NCBI RefSeq assembly: GCF_006345805.1
Contig: NC_043010.1
Coordinates: 68,076,001-68,140,000, forward strand
Reading direction: 5' to 3'
Source: Octopus sinensis
Lineage: Eukaryota
DNA: 64,000 nt
The notes beneath the pieces are model-generated. The model had not been told where the DNA came from. It did no database searches and was given only the letters and a program-made list of their open reading frames with translations. The position numbers and the translations under genes are program-made. Numbering within the stretch: the first letter of the stretch is position 1; every line of letters begins with the position of its first letter. This document shows positions 49,904-63,207 of the stretch, one piece after another.

Positions 49904-50095
49904 GCCAGTCGGTCATAGTTGTAATGCTTTTGTTTATTGGCCTTCTCAATCAGGGCTGACCCTGGGCTAAATAGCAACAGCAACAAGTTTGAGAAAGTAA
50001 GTACATGGGAAAGAAGAAAGAGATAGGTCATTGAAACTTTTGGTGTTCATTATGGGGGTGGGGGCCTTCAAAGTATGTGTGTGTATATATATATA

Positions 50096-50222
<127 letters not shown>

Positions 50223-50879
50223 TATATATCCTTATCCACATCCACACATGAGTGACACTCTCTCCCTCTCTCCATACACAGACACCTAGATATGCACACA
50301 TGTACACACACACACACACACACACAAGTGCTTCTCTTGAAGTGAAGCTGATGTTTATGCTTCCTTTAACATCCCAATCAGATTCCATCCAACATTCTCC
50401 TCCTCCTCCTACTCTTATTCCCTGACACAGCATAACTCCCACTCTCTCTAAAATATGCTAAGGTTGCTTATCCAAAGGTCATAAGTAAACTTGATCTGTC
50501 AGGTCTCAGTTTGTTTTTTGTGTTTATTTTGTTTTCCGTTTAGGTTGTATATGAATACACATACTTGCACACACAGAGAAATTCTTACTTGCACTAAGCA
50601 CATCTAGGCATGCAAACATCTGTGCGCATGTCTATATACATGTATGTGTGTGTGTTGTGTGTGATACATACACACACAGCTTTGCAGCTTTCAGTGTCCT
50701 GTCAAACCGTCCAACCCATGCCAGCATGGAAAAATGGACGTTAAATGATGATGATTTGTGTGTATATCTGTGTAATATACCCCCCTGGATGCAAATTGAT
50801 GTGTATTCTCACATACACTGCAGTATATATGTATATATAAACACATCTGTACACATATAAACAGGTATGTATACATACA

Positions 50880-51430
50880 GACACACAAGATATGTATGTA
50901 TGTATGTGTGTGTGTATGTAGATGTGTGTATATGTATGTATGTATGTAGATGTGTGTGTATGTATGTAGATGTGTCTGTATGTATGTATGTATGTAGATG
51001 TGTGTATATGTATGTATATAGATGTGTGTATATGTATGTATGTAGATGTGTGTATATGTATGTATGTATGTAGATGTGTGTGTATGTATGTAGATGTGTC
51101 TGTATGTATGTATGTATGTAGATGTGTGTATATGTATGTATATAGATGTGTGTATATGTATGTGTGTAGATGTGTGTATATGTATGTATGTAGATGTGTG
51201 TATATGTATGTATGTAGATGTGTGTATATGCATGTATGTATGTATGTAGATGTGTGTATATGTATGTATGTAGATGTGTGTATATGTATGTATGTAGATG
51301 TGTGTATATGTATGTATGTAGATGTGTGTATATGTATGTATGTAGATGTGTGTATATGTATGTATGTAGATGTGTGTATATGTATGTATGTAGATGTGTG
51401 TATATGCATGTATGTATGTAGATAGATGTG
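50880..51430. repeat. 24-bp minisatellite (GATGTGTGTATATGTATGTATGTA)n
   Basis: Direct inspection; source of the 218-252-aa H/T/Y/I artefact ORFs. Confidence 0.95.
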
Positions 51431-52299
51431 TGTATGTGCATGTACACACACATGCGCACGCACAATATGTTGTATGTTAATGTGTGCTGAATGGTGTTAT
51501 GACACTGTGACCTTTTGGTTAGGCTTTGAGCGGTAAGATATATAGGGTGTATATAAATATTTTGGGAAAAACAGAGGCATGTGACCTAAACACACACACA
51601 CACACACACACTATTTACTTTGCTTTTTGATTTGTGTCTTTCTATGTATTTGAGATTATGGTGAGATTATTGTGGAGCCTTGTTTCCTTGATTGCTGGGA
51701 AGTGGTGGTGGTGGTGGTGGTGGTGGTGGGTAGCAATGGGAGTGGGGTGGGGTGGGGGTGTTTCTGTTAGACTATGGTGGAAATTAAGGAAATTTGTGTG
51801 TGTGTGTGTGTGTCTGTCTGTCTGGGCTAATGTAAGGTGGTGGTGGTGGTACATGGATATGGTGTAAGGTGATGTGTAGAAAGAAAGCTATAGGGAGAAA
51901 TAAAACAACAATAACAACAGCAACAAAAGGTGCTGGTGGGTGTTGATGGTGGTGGTGGGTGTCAATGGTGGTGGTGGTGGTGGGTGGTATCATTGTTGAG
52001 ATTTGTGAGGGTGTGTTTGTTTCTGTTTGCTCATTAGACTGAGACCGACTGGTTACTTAGTACTTAAACACCAAACCCACCTACTGATTCACCTCCTGGG
52101 ATGATTTTGTGGTGAAGAATGTTGGAAGAGGTTGCAGGGGAGGAGTAGAAGGTTGAAAATGGATTGGTGGTGGTGGTGGTGTTTAGCCCCAGGTCATCCA
52201 TGACATAGCAGACAGACCTGGATCGAAAGCATGAAAACCATGATCATTCATTCTGTGTGTGCAGGAAATCTAAGGTCATATTGTTCAAATGCGGGCTTC

Positions 52300-52680
52300 C
52301 TGAAAAGATGATGAATAGGCTGTGTGATATGAAGGGGATTTGGTTGCTATTTCTAACAGATCAAGCAACCACAGAGCGGCTTGTGACTTCCTTTCTGAAA
52401 AGACAATGAATGGGGTGTGTGATATGAATGAAGATTTGGTTGCTATTTCAAGCAGATCAAGCAACCACAGAGTGGCTTGTGACTTCCTTTCTGAAAAGAC
52501 AGTGAATGGGGTGTGTGATATAAATGAAGATTTGGTTGCTATTTCTAGCAGATCAAGCAACCACAGAGTGACTTGTGACTTCCTTTCTGAAAAGGCAATG
52601 AATAGGGTGTGTGATATGAATGAAGATTTGGTTGCTATTTCTAGCAGATCAAGCAACCACAGAGTGGCTTGTGACTTCCC
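52300..52680. repeat. 96-bp minisatellite, about 4 units
   Basis: GATTTGGTTGCTATTTC at 52337, 52433, 52529 and 52625. Confidence 0.95.
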
Positions 52681-52926
52681 TTGCTGATTGCGGTATTGGT
52701 GTTCTTTGTGGTTGTGTAGGAGTGAAAGCTATGCAGAAGAGTTATTCTAAGCTTGGAGGCATTGATTGGGAATGGCTGGGTGGTGGATGCTACCATTCTC
52801 ACCCAGCAGGTGTGGGAGCTTTTATGCAATCCTAATGCTGATTACGATAGTGACATTGTAGCTGTCTGATTGGAGAGATCAATGATTAATGGGATTCCAG
52901 CTGTGGCCATCCTGTCTTGTACTGGT

Positions 52927-52960
<34 letters not shown>

Positions 52961-53113
52961 ACAGGAAATCTCAAAGTAGATAAGGTATTAATAATAATAG
53001 AATGTAAATATTGGTTGAACCCTTCAGGATTCAGGTTATTCTGATGAATACAATGCTTATTTACTCTTTAACTTGTTTGTCATTTGACTGTGGTCATGCT
53101 GGAGCACCACCTT

Positions 53114-53274
53114 GGAGTGGCTGTGTGGTAAGTAGCTTGCTTACCAACCACATGGTTCCGGGTTGAGTCCCACTGCGTGGCACCTTGGGCAAGTGTCTTC
53201 TACTATAACCTCGGGCCGACCAAAGCCTTGTGAGTGGATTTGGTAGACGGAAACTGAAAGAAGCTCGTTGTGTA

Positions 53275-53347
<73 letters not shown>

Positions 53348-53560
53348 ATATGTGTGTTTGTGTGTCTGTGTTTGTCCCCCCAACTTTGCTTAACAACCGT
53401 TGCTGGTGTGTTTACATCCCTGTCAGTTAGTGGCTCAGCAAGAGAGACCAATAGAATAAGTACTCAGCTTACAAAGAATAAGTCCTGAGGTCGATTTGCC
53501 CGACTAAAAGGCAGTGCTCCAGCATGGCCAGAGTCAAATGACTGAAGCAAGTAAAAAAAA
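53114..53560 (+). mobile_element. tRNA-derived SINE family A, full length
   Basis: Head GGAGTGGCTGTGTGGTAAGTAGC, (TA)n centre, family A tail. Confidence 0.9.
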
Positions 53561-53864
53561 ACCCAGTTAAATGAACTCCACTACTTATTTTTTAAAGCCT
53601 GGTTCTTATTCTGTTGCACTCTTTTGCTGAACCACTAAGTTATGGTGATATAAACACACCAAGACTAGTTGTCAAGTGGTGATTTGGAGTGGGGGAGGCA
53701 TACAGACATATGGGAGTGGCTGTGTGGTAAGAAGTTTGCTTCCTTACCACATGGTTCCAGGTTCAGTCCCACTGTGTGGCACCTTGAGCAAGTGTCTTCT
53801 ACTATAGCCTTGGGCTGACCAAAGCCTTGTGAGTAGATTTGGTAGATGGAAACTGAAAGAAGCC

Positions 53865-53910
<46 letters not shown>

Positions 53911-54841
53911 CATACACATACACACACATGATGGGCTTCTTTCTATTTCCATCTACCAAATCCACTCACAAGCCAGATGCTCTTCCTGCAATGTCGTTCA
54001 TTTCCAGGGTTCAGTGGAAAACATTGCCTGACCTAAAGAAAATATTGCTTTACCTGAAAACAGGTGAGGGTTGGTGACAGGAAAAGCACCCAGCCATAAA
54101 ATATGTGCCTCAGAAAAAAATTTTGTCCAACCCATGCAAGCATAGAAAAATGGACATTAAAACAATGATAATGATGCAAACACACACATGTATGTAATTA
54201 TCTCCATCCATAATAAATACTGGGGTTGATCTATTCAATAAGGCCACATTCCAGGGACTGAAGCAAGTAAAAGATGTCAAGATAAACATATGGAAGAAGA
54301 CAATCATCATTAACATCATCATCATCGTTTAACGTCTGCTTTCCATGCTAGCATGGGTTGGACGATTTTGACTGAGGGCTGGCGAACCAGATGGCTGCAC
54401 CAGGCTTCAATCTTGATCTGGCAGAGTTTCTACAGCTGGATGCCCTTCCTAAACCAAAGAAAGAAATAGGAAACTACTGTATCGAAATGTGTATAAAGAA
54501 CCCTTTTTTGTCAAAAATTAGATTTAAAAAAAAAAAATGGGAGTTTCTTATACATGGATAGTCCCAAAAAATTAGGGGGTTCCTTATACATGTTAAAATC
54601 CGGTATATATCATTATTTATACATGTTTTTTTCTCCATTGATAAAACCTTGCAGAAGTCCTTGTCCTGTTCTTCTTTCTTAAATCTTGCCTTTTCTCCTT
54701 CGTGCTTTCTGTTCTGGTCTTAGTCATTCTTCTTTCTTTCTTTTCTTTCTTTCTCATCTCTGAATTGGTGTTTCCTGCTTGAGGCAAGACCAGAAATTTT
54801 TGCTCGTTTTAAGGTGTGGACATTATTTTCTAATAAATTTC

Positions 54842-54885
<44 letters not shown>

Positions 54886-55269
54886 TCAATATAGGGTGGC
54901 AAGGAAAATTTTGTAGAATTTTATTGCCACCAGCGGCCCAGCGGGAAAAAAATTAAATAGTCATAGACCATTTTTAAGTTCAACATTAACAATTAAGGAA
55001 CGGCCATAATAGGCCATTCACCCACTAGAAATAACAGCCAAAGCTTCTACCGCAAATAAAGATCAATTCCGTAAACAGGAGAAAATTAAAAAAACATTTA
55101 CCCTGTAATTTCTTGTACGGTATACCGTTTCATCCGCTGTTTAATGGTATACTAACCTGATTAATATATATATATATATATATTAATTTATTTGCTTCAG
55201 CGAGTGCCCACCATAAACGACTAATTAGTTATATCTGATTGCCATCTTTGTTGTGTGTGTGTGTGTGTG

Positions 55270-55480
55270 TACTCTTTTACTCTATTACTTGTTTCAGTCA
55301 TTTGACTGCGGCCATGCTGGAGCACCGCCTTTAGTCGAGCAAATCGACACCCGGGGACTTATTCTTTGTAAGCCCAGTACTTATTCTATCGGTCTCTTTT
55401 GCCGAACCGCTAAGTGACGGAGATGTAAACACACCTAGCATTGGTTGTCAAGCAATGCTAGGGGGACAAACACAGACACA

Positions 55481-55529
<49 letters not shown>

Positions 55530-55691
55530 GTATATATACGACAGGCTTCTTTCAGTTTCCGTCTACCAAATCCACTCACAAGGCATTGGTAGGCCCGGGG
55601 CTATAGCAGAAGACACTTGCCCAAGATGCCACGCAGTGGGACTGAACCTGGAACCAAGTGGTTGGTTAGTTACCACACAGCCACTCCTGCG
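55270..55691 (-). mobile_element. tRNA-derived SINE family A, full length, CpG-rich
   Basis: Most consensus-like copy; retains CpGs (GACTGCGGCC, CACCGCC, GCCGAACCGC). Confidence 0.9.
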
Positions 55692-55750
<59 letters not shown>

Positions 55751-56040
55751 TTATTTTTTTCTGGCAATTAATTAATCAATCATTGAATCATTGTTCTTAA
55801 ACAAAGTCCTTTCCCAAACTAGCTCGTTGTGTTCGTGTCAACCAGTTGCCGCTCAACCACCTTATTTTCATACGAATAACCTTCCCAATTTATCCATCAC
55901 TTAATTGGCTCTGGTAACATTTTAATTTTTATTTCTGTCTTCCTCTGAGAACTAGGCCTTCATGACCATATTCCTAGGAACTGATAACTCCCAGGCCTAC
56001 ACATATGGCCATATTCCTATGAACTGGTAATCTCCAGGAC

Positions 56041-56088
<48 letters not shown>

Positions 56089-56106
56089 CTTCATCTTCTC
56101 TATCTC

Positions 56107-56140
<34 letters not shown>

Positions 56141-56337
56141 GTCATCTATTGTTCAGTTTTTCTATTTGTTGACCCCAATACATTTCTCACTTATAGCTCT
56201 CTCTCTTTCCCTCTCACATCTCTTTCTCTCACACATCTCTTTCTCTCTCACATCTCTTTCTCTCACACATCTCTTTCTCTCTCTTTTACTTCTCTTCTTC
56301 CCACCTACACTCTACACACACACATACTCTCGCATGT

Positions 56338-56378
<41 letters not shown>

Positions 56379-56939
56379 ACCTGGGCACCTCATATAGTAA
56401 TTCTTCACCACCGCAAGACCTGTTTAGTCCAGTTTTTCATCCTCTAACGTCATTGTCACTCGTTTTTTTTTTTTCTCTGACGTTCTTCTTCGTTTCTTCT
56501 TCTTCGTTTCTTTTTAATTTATCTACTTGAAGAAAAAAAAAAACAAAAAAAACAGCCCACATCTTTTTTCACTTGACCCAGTATTTCACAAAACACAGGA
56601 GTGACACCACTTTCACCACTAATACCACCACCATCACCATCATCCTTGTCCTTATCCCGCCACCACCACCACCACCACTATCATCTGTAACTGTATTGGG
56701 AGTTTTTCTTTTTGTTGAAGTGTCAATGTGTGCCTGAATATCTCTTGTCCAGTTTTCAGACTCCTCTTCTCCTCCTCTTCCTCTCTCTCTCTTTCTCCTC
56801 TTCTGCCCAGTTCCACACTGTTCCAATAATATTTGGACATTCAGCATGGCAACTAAAACGTTTGACGATATTTACCAAAGAAAGGTAAGGGATTTCGTTT
56901 CACTACACAGTAAACAAATCAAACACACTTAAACATTCC

Positions 56940-56970
<31 letters not shown>

Positions 56971-57133
56971 TACACTCATGCAAACACTTTGAGGGGAAAC
57001 ACACACACACACACACATACATATACACACTGTTTCTCTCTCTTTTTTTCTCCCTCTCGTCATACTTCTGAAGGGGCACATGCAATCATACATGCTGGTT
57101 TTCTTTCTCTCTCCTAGTTATTAAATATTATAC

Positions 57134-57505
57134 AGGCACAGGCATGGCTGTGTGGTTAGGAAGCTTGCTTTGCAACCGCAGGGTTTTGGGTTCAGTCCCA
57201 CTGCACGCCACCTTGGGCAGTGTCTTCTACTGTAGCACTAGGTTGACCTAGGTCTTGTGTGTGAATTTCGTAGATGGAAACTCAAAGAAGCCCATCGTGT
57301 GTGTGTGTGTGTGTCTTTGTGTCTGTGATGTATTTGTCCCACACCACTGCTTGATGACCGTTGTTGGTTTGTTTACATTGTTGTAACATAGCAGTTTGGC
57401 AAAAGATATCAATAGAATAAGAAATAAGACTTGAAAAGAAACAATGTCCTAGGGTTGATTTGTCAACTAAACCCTTCAAGGCAGTGCCCCAGCATGACCA
57501 CAGTC
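57134..57505 (+). mobile_element. tRNA-derived SINE family A
   Basis: Family A head and body; tail interrupted at 57506. Confidence 0.8.
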
Positions 57506-57609
57506 ATTATTATTATTATTATTATTATTATTGTTCAGGTCTCTGCTTGGAATCGAACTCGGAATCTTGGGGTTAGTAGCCTGTGCTCTTAACCACTACG
57601 CCTTATGCC
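57506..57609 (-). mobile_element. Head-only copy of the hammerhead-bearing element (tRNA-Arg-like head plus (TAA)n)
   Basis: Minus strand GGCGTAGTGGTTAAGAGCACAGGCTACTAACCCCAAGATTCCGAGTTCGATTCCAAGCAG; A and B boxes clear; CTAC..A...AAGATTCC..GTTCGA.TCC parallels tRNA-Arg(ACG). Confidence 0.7.
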
Positions 57610-59404
57610 TGTGGGCTTATGGTTATTTTTATTGTGAACACTGATGAATGGTATTGTGTTATAACTGGTACTGTTGCCCCTCTCTCTAAGACTGGTCCCT
57701 GAATTTGCTTGTATTACTATTTGGCTCATAGGTGTCTTTAGCAGAGTATTTGGAAGAAATTTCTTCCTTTCTTTCTTCTCGCCAGTCAATGCTTGCTTGG
57801 AAAAGATCATGGATACAGGTCTTCTGAAGAAGAAAATTTAAGACAATAAATAAAAATTGAATAAGAATTTATGTTTATTGTCCTTCTTGGTTGCTATTCC
57901 TGTAGAATTAAAAAAATCAAAGTGCTTACTTTTATATTCAGAGTTAGTATATGAAGTACCGTGTGGTTAGGAAGTTCATTTTCCATTCATACGATTTGAG
58001 GTTCAATCCCACTCAGCAGTATATCTTGTGTTATAGCCCTGGGTTGACTAAAGCCTTGTGAGTGGATTTGTTTGATGGAAACTGTACCTGTCTCTATGTT
58101 TGTTTATATTTGTCCTTCTCTGGAAATCATGAGCTACAAGCAGAAATGATGTTGTCATTTCTCTTACCAACAAATTCTCTGCTGGTTTTGTTCCTTTGAA
58201 GCTGTAGAATAAGAAACATCTTACTTGAAAAACGGGTATTGGTCAGTGCCATATGTTCTTTTCTACTCTAGGTACAAAGTTGAGCATGAAAGACAGAATA
58301 CTTTCTGAAATATAGAGTGGAACACAACCCACACGATGTGTGTTTATTGCTCCTCTTGACTGCCATTCTTCAACTCTACTTGGATTTTGGTGTAGGATAA
58401 AGACAAGTGCTTTTATTTAATAGTTTTTAAAGCACAATAATAATAACTTTAATCTTATTGAATTCAGAAGCAAGCAAGCTACCAAGTGAGCAAGCTCTCC
58501 ATTTATGTGTTTTAAAACAATGATATGATGGCAGTTTTGTTTTACTGCTGAGAGACAAAGCGAAATGTTTGCTTTATCTTGTTTTCAGTATATTTAATTA
58601 TTTCCTCTCTAATTACCGTTAACCTCATATTTTGTTAATGCGATACCACAACTGGCTGACTCTGAAATGGAAACTTCAATAAATAATATAACCTGTTGTA
58701 GAGTATCCATTGATGTTGGCCACCACCACCGCTGCTTAACCAGTGGATATTTTAGAAGCAGCTCTAACCTATCTGGCATGTCAGTCAGGGTCATGTTCAA
58801 CCAGGTCCCCACCTTGTCTGTATTATGGCATGGGACTGGTGGTGGTGGTGGTGGTGGTGTGGGTCATTTGATCTATACAGGAAGGGGGATTTGTACTGTT
58901 ATATCGAACATGGCAGAAAGGTGATACTGAAATTTCTGCCGCTGACCCGTGTCTGATGTCCTGTTGTTTCAGTACATAATGAAATGATTTGCTAATTCTG
59001 AAATAGATTACAAAACCATAAGAGTTTTAGGAAATGGACAGAATTGTTGGACTGACCGACTTACTGGTCCAGTTCCAACTCACTGCTGCCTGGGGTCAAT
59101 GCCAACCTTCCATCTTATCCTTTTGAGGTCAATAAAATAAGAGTTCTAGGTTTGTGAGTTATCAGTGTCAGACGGGATGTGTCATGGCATCTATTTTTAG
59201 CTCAGCGTATTCTCGAGTTCAAATCCATTATTCAGTGACTCTTTTTTCAAGAGGGGTGACCAATAGTACTAACCATATCTGGTAAGTTCACTGTCATCAT
59301 GTCACTGTGGGCAAAGTTCATCATCCTCAGTTCACTGTTCAACGATGAGATATCCTGGATATATTTTCTTGGTGAACTTTCCTCATGGTGTACTTACAAC
59401 TTAC

Positions 59405-59489
59405 CTGTAATCAGTACCATCAGCAATTTGGTAAAAAGAAAAAATACCGAGAGTTTCTTTGGTTTGATCACAAGATCATCGAGTGCCAT
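59405..59489 (-). CDS. Candidate first coding exon (MALDDLVIKPKKLSVFFLFTKLLMVLIT)
   Basis: ATG, basic-then-hydrophobic segment, and a strong CAG|GTAAGT donor. No downstream partner exon identified. Confidence 0.15.
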
Positions 59490-61319
59490 CCCACTGCTAC
59501 CCTTTATGCAAAATAAGAATTTCTACTACAAGCAGAAAGGCATAAATTTTGGGGGTGGGAGAAGGGGTTAATTAAATCAACCTCAGTACTTGTATTTTTT
59601 TTTTTTTTTACTGTGGGGCGAATAAATGGGCCAGGGAAAATAAAAAGGGGGTTCTGCTAAATTCGAACTCAAAGAACCAATTTCTACCTAAAGGTTATCA
59701 TAATCGCCATCATTATAATCATCATCATCTGTTTTCCATGCTGGCTTGAGTCGGACAGTTTGGCCAGAGCTGGCAAGCCAAAGAACTACACCAAGCTTCA
59801 GCCATCTGTTATATATTGGTTTCTATGGCTGGATGCCCTTCCTAATGCCAACCACTTTACAGAGTGTACTGGATACTTTTTACATGGCTCCAGCACAGGT
59901 GCTTTATATGTTGCACTGACGCAGGTGCCTTATATGTGGCACCAGCTCAGGTACTTTTTACGTGGCACCCGCACAGGTTAAGAGCCTTTTTATCATTTCC
60001 TCATCCTTCATGTAATTATATCTAATTTAAGCACAAGGCCAACAGTTTTGAGGAGAGGGGCCTGTTGATTACATTGGCCCTATTACATGCCTGATACTTT
60101 TTTTTTTTTATTGACCATAGAAAGATGATTTGCCAAGTTGGCCCCAGTGTATTTTGAAATCAAAAGGGAAAATCAAAGGGTTGAAAATCACTGGGAGTTA
60201 TATGTCGAAATGGTGGGGTGGGGGTTTGGGATTTGACTTCTGTTTTCAGCAAGTCAAGCAACTGATAAGAAGTCTAATTGATGATTTGAATTTTGTTTTG
60301 TTTTTTTAACTCAGTCATTCACCTCCGATTGAACAAAACTATGATCAAAGACATTTCAGCTGTGACCATCCCATCTTTTCCTTCTTACATGCAAGGAATC
60401 CAGAATCACATTCAACATGTTTTTCCTAGCACTATGAGGGTAGTGGATGGGGTGGGAGATGAGTCGGAAGATTGGACTGCTATTTCTAGCAGGTTGAGCG
60501 ATCACGTAGACAACTCAATCATTGCTCTGCATGTATTTTGTTAGTAGGACTGGTGGGGGAAACATGGAGAGAATAAAATTCTATGCCATCACCATGATTA
60601 CCATGCAACATGTAATGCAAGAACTCCTGCAGAATAGCTGCATCGCATTCAGGCACCACTTTATTATGCAGTGTGCATACGATAAAACGTGTCGACTGAG
60701 ACACAAACTTGACAAAAACAAGAAAACCAACCAACCAAGCAACTGAACTGCTGTCTCATATAGTCTTTATATATTACTATATTTAAAACTCTTGAATATT
60801 TCGGTTTAAGGCAGGTTTAGATTACAAGAGAGAGAGAAAAAGATGAGGAGGTAGTGGTGGTGGTGGTGGTGGTGGTGGCGGAGGCTTGCAGTAAAGACGT
60901 GCGTATGTGATGCTAAGTACTGCCATGTACGATACAGGAAATATTAGCTTTTTATAAACAGAGCGTACGTCATATCCTCTTCTCTCTGAATGCATAAGAA
61001 GCCGGGTCTACTAGACATAATTTCAAAAATGCGAAATAAAAGTAATTTTTGACCTTAACACACAATTCTCTATGATTTTGTGCCCCGACTGTGTGCCACA
61101 GCCTACCAAGTGTATCTTGCCTACCAATCTGTTAGGTGTTATGTTACGTTAGACTATATCTGTGATATGGGTTATAAAACAGGATTCAAAATATGTGTGT
61201 GTGTGTATGTGTGTGTTCTTTTTAACTTTTGTTTCAGTCGTTGAACTGTGGCCATGCTGGGGCACTGCCTTGATGGGTTTAGTCAAAGAAATCGACCCCA
61301 GTATTTACTCTATTACTTT

Positions 61320-61515
61320 TTTACTTGTTTCAGTCATTTTACTGAGGCCATGCTGGAGCACCGCCTTTAGTCGAAGAAATCAACACCAGGGCTTATTCTT
61401 TGTAAGCCTAGTACTTATTCTATCGGTTTCTTTTGCCTAACTGCTAAGTTACGGTAATGTAAACACACCAGCATCAGTTGTCAAGTGATGTTGGGGGACA
61501 GACACAGACGCACAA

Positions 61516-61554
<39 letters not shown>

Positions 61555-61725
61555 TATATACATATATACGACGGGCTTCTTTCAGTTTCTGTCTACCAAA
61601 TCCACTCACAAGGCTTTGGTTGGCCCGAGGCTATAGTAGAAGACACTTGCCCAAGGTGCCTCGCAGTGGGACTGAACCCAGAACTATGTAGTTTGTAAGC
61701 AAGCTACTTACCACACAGCCACGCC
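61320..61725 (-). mobile_element. tRNA-derived SINE family A, full length (adjacent partial copies 61225-61300, 61740-62070, 62190-62455)
   Basis: Colinear with family A. Confidence 0.85.
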
Positions 61726-62474
61726 TTAATTTTTTTGTTTTAAAGCCTGGTACTTATTTCATCAGACTCTTTTGCTGAACCACTCAGTTATGGGACATAA
61801 GCAAACCAACACTAGTTGTCAAGTGGTGGAGGACAAACACGCACACACACGCACGCACGTACGCACACATGTATGTGTGCCTCTTTCTCACAGTGTGTGT
61901 GTGTGCCCATATTGTGGGCTTCTTTCAGTCTCTGTCTACCAAATCCACTCAAAAGAGTTTGGTCAGCCTGGGGCTATAATAGAAGACATTTGCCCCAAAA
62001 TGCCATGCAGTGGGACTGAACCCAAGATCACAAGGTTTGGAAGTAAGTTTCTTAACTGCAACCATGCCTGCACATTTACACAACCTGAAGAGAAAGGAAA
62101 CAAATGAAATGATTAAATACTTGTAGAGTTTCTTTTGAAGAAAGAAAGAAACTAAGAAGCAATGGAAGGAATATTCTACTTTGAATATAGGTGCTGGCTT
62201 GGTTGTGTGGTTGAGAAGCTTGCTTTGTAGCCAAACAGTTTTGGGTTCAGTCCCACTGAACTGCACCTTGAGCAAGTATATTCTGTTGTAACCCTGGGCC
62301 AACCAGTTTCCTTGTGAGTGAATTTGGTAGATGGAAACTGTGTGGAAACCTGTTGTGTTTGTTTGCCCCCCCTGCTGCCCTACAGCCCTATAGCTGATGT
62401 TGGTTTGTTTCCATACCTGTAAATTAACACTTCAGCAGAAGCGACTGAAGTACCAATCTTAAAATATAAGCATT

Positions 62475-62696
62475 GGGGTGTGACCTGAAATAATAATAAT
62501 AATAATAATAATAATGATGATGATAATAACAACATCGAAAAATACCTTAGGAATGGGAGCCCAGGTTTGAAATTTCCCCAAGACACCTGAAATGCTGTGT
62601 TAACAAACAAGATGAGGATAAATAGCTGTCAATTGTAAATAATGTAAATAATGTAAATAATGTACATAATTCCTCATCTCTTAAATATAGAACTGT
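62475..62696 (+). mobile_element. Hammerhead-family element with the stem II region deleted
   Basis: GTGACCTGAA-(TAA)n-AACATCGAAAAATACCTTAGG...GACACCTGAAATGCTGTGTT...AAATATAGAACTGT. Confidence 0.8.
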
Positions 62697-62827
62697 ATGC
62701 TGATGTATGTTCATGTATCTAAGAAAGTGGTATTTTCATCATTAGTTACAAGTGCAGACGTGATATTCCAGAAAGAGGCCACTGCAGAAGCTTCTAGTTG
62801 ATGGACAGATTAAATTGTGGAAGTAAA

Positions 62828-63207
62828 AGAGAGCATTTATAGCACAACTGAATGGAATAAGACTTAGCTTAGATGAGACCTGATTTGAGGAGATTGTGCT
62901 TGAACATGGTGCCAGTAATATGATCGTCATGATAGTAGTAAGACAATGACAGAAGTTCTTAGCAACAATCAAGCCACTATAATTAGCATTTGTTGGCCTA
63001 GAGAAGGCCTTTGGTAGAGTACTCTGCTCTGTAAATAAGTGGTTAAGAAAACCAAGTGTCGATGAAAGGCCTGTGAGAGCCATGCATGCTGTTAGCTAGG
63101 TGAGGTTTAGCTATGAGTTCTGTGAAGAATTTGGCATACAGATGGATGTCCAACAGGGCTTAGGTTTCATCCCATCCCCTGTTTCTATAGTTCTCCAGGC
63201 TATAACT
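62828..63207 (+). mobile_element. RTE-clade LINE reverse-transcriptase fragment, decayed
   Basis: One frame reads VRQ*QKFLATIKPL*LAFVGLEKAFGRV...VRFSYEFCEEFGIQMDVQQG...IVLQAIT, matching the RT motifs AFVDLEKAFDRV and GVxQG with stops. Confidence 0.85.

Noticed and set aside
52300-52680. CRISPR-like appearance (hairpin repeat at a fixed period)
   Set aside because: Sequences between the hairpins are near-identical rather than unique spacers, the context is eukaryotic and there are no cas genes.
58609-58924. Short ORFs on both strands
   Set aside because: Plausible splice sites imply a ~31-nt intron or isolated micro-exons; no recognisable protein.
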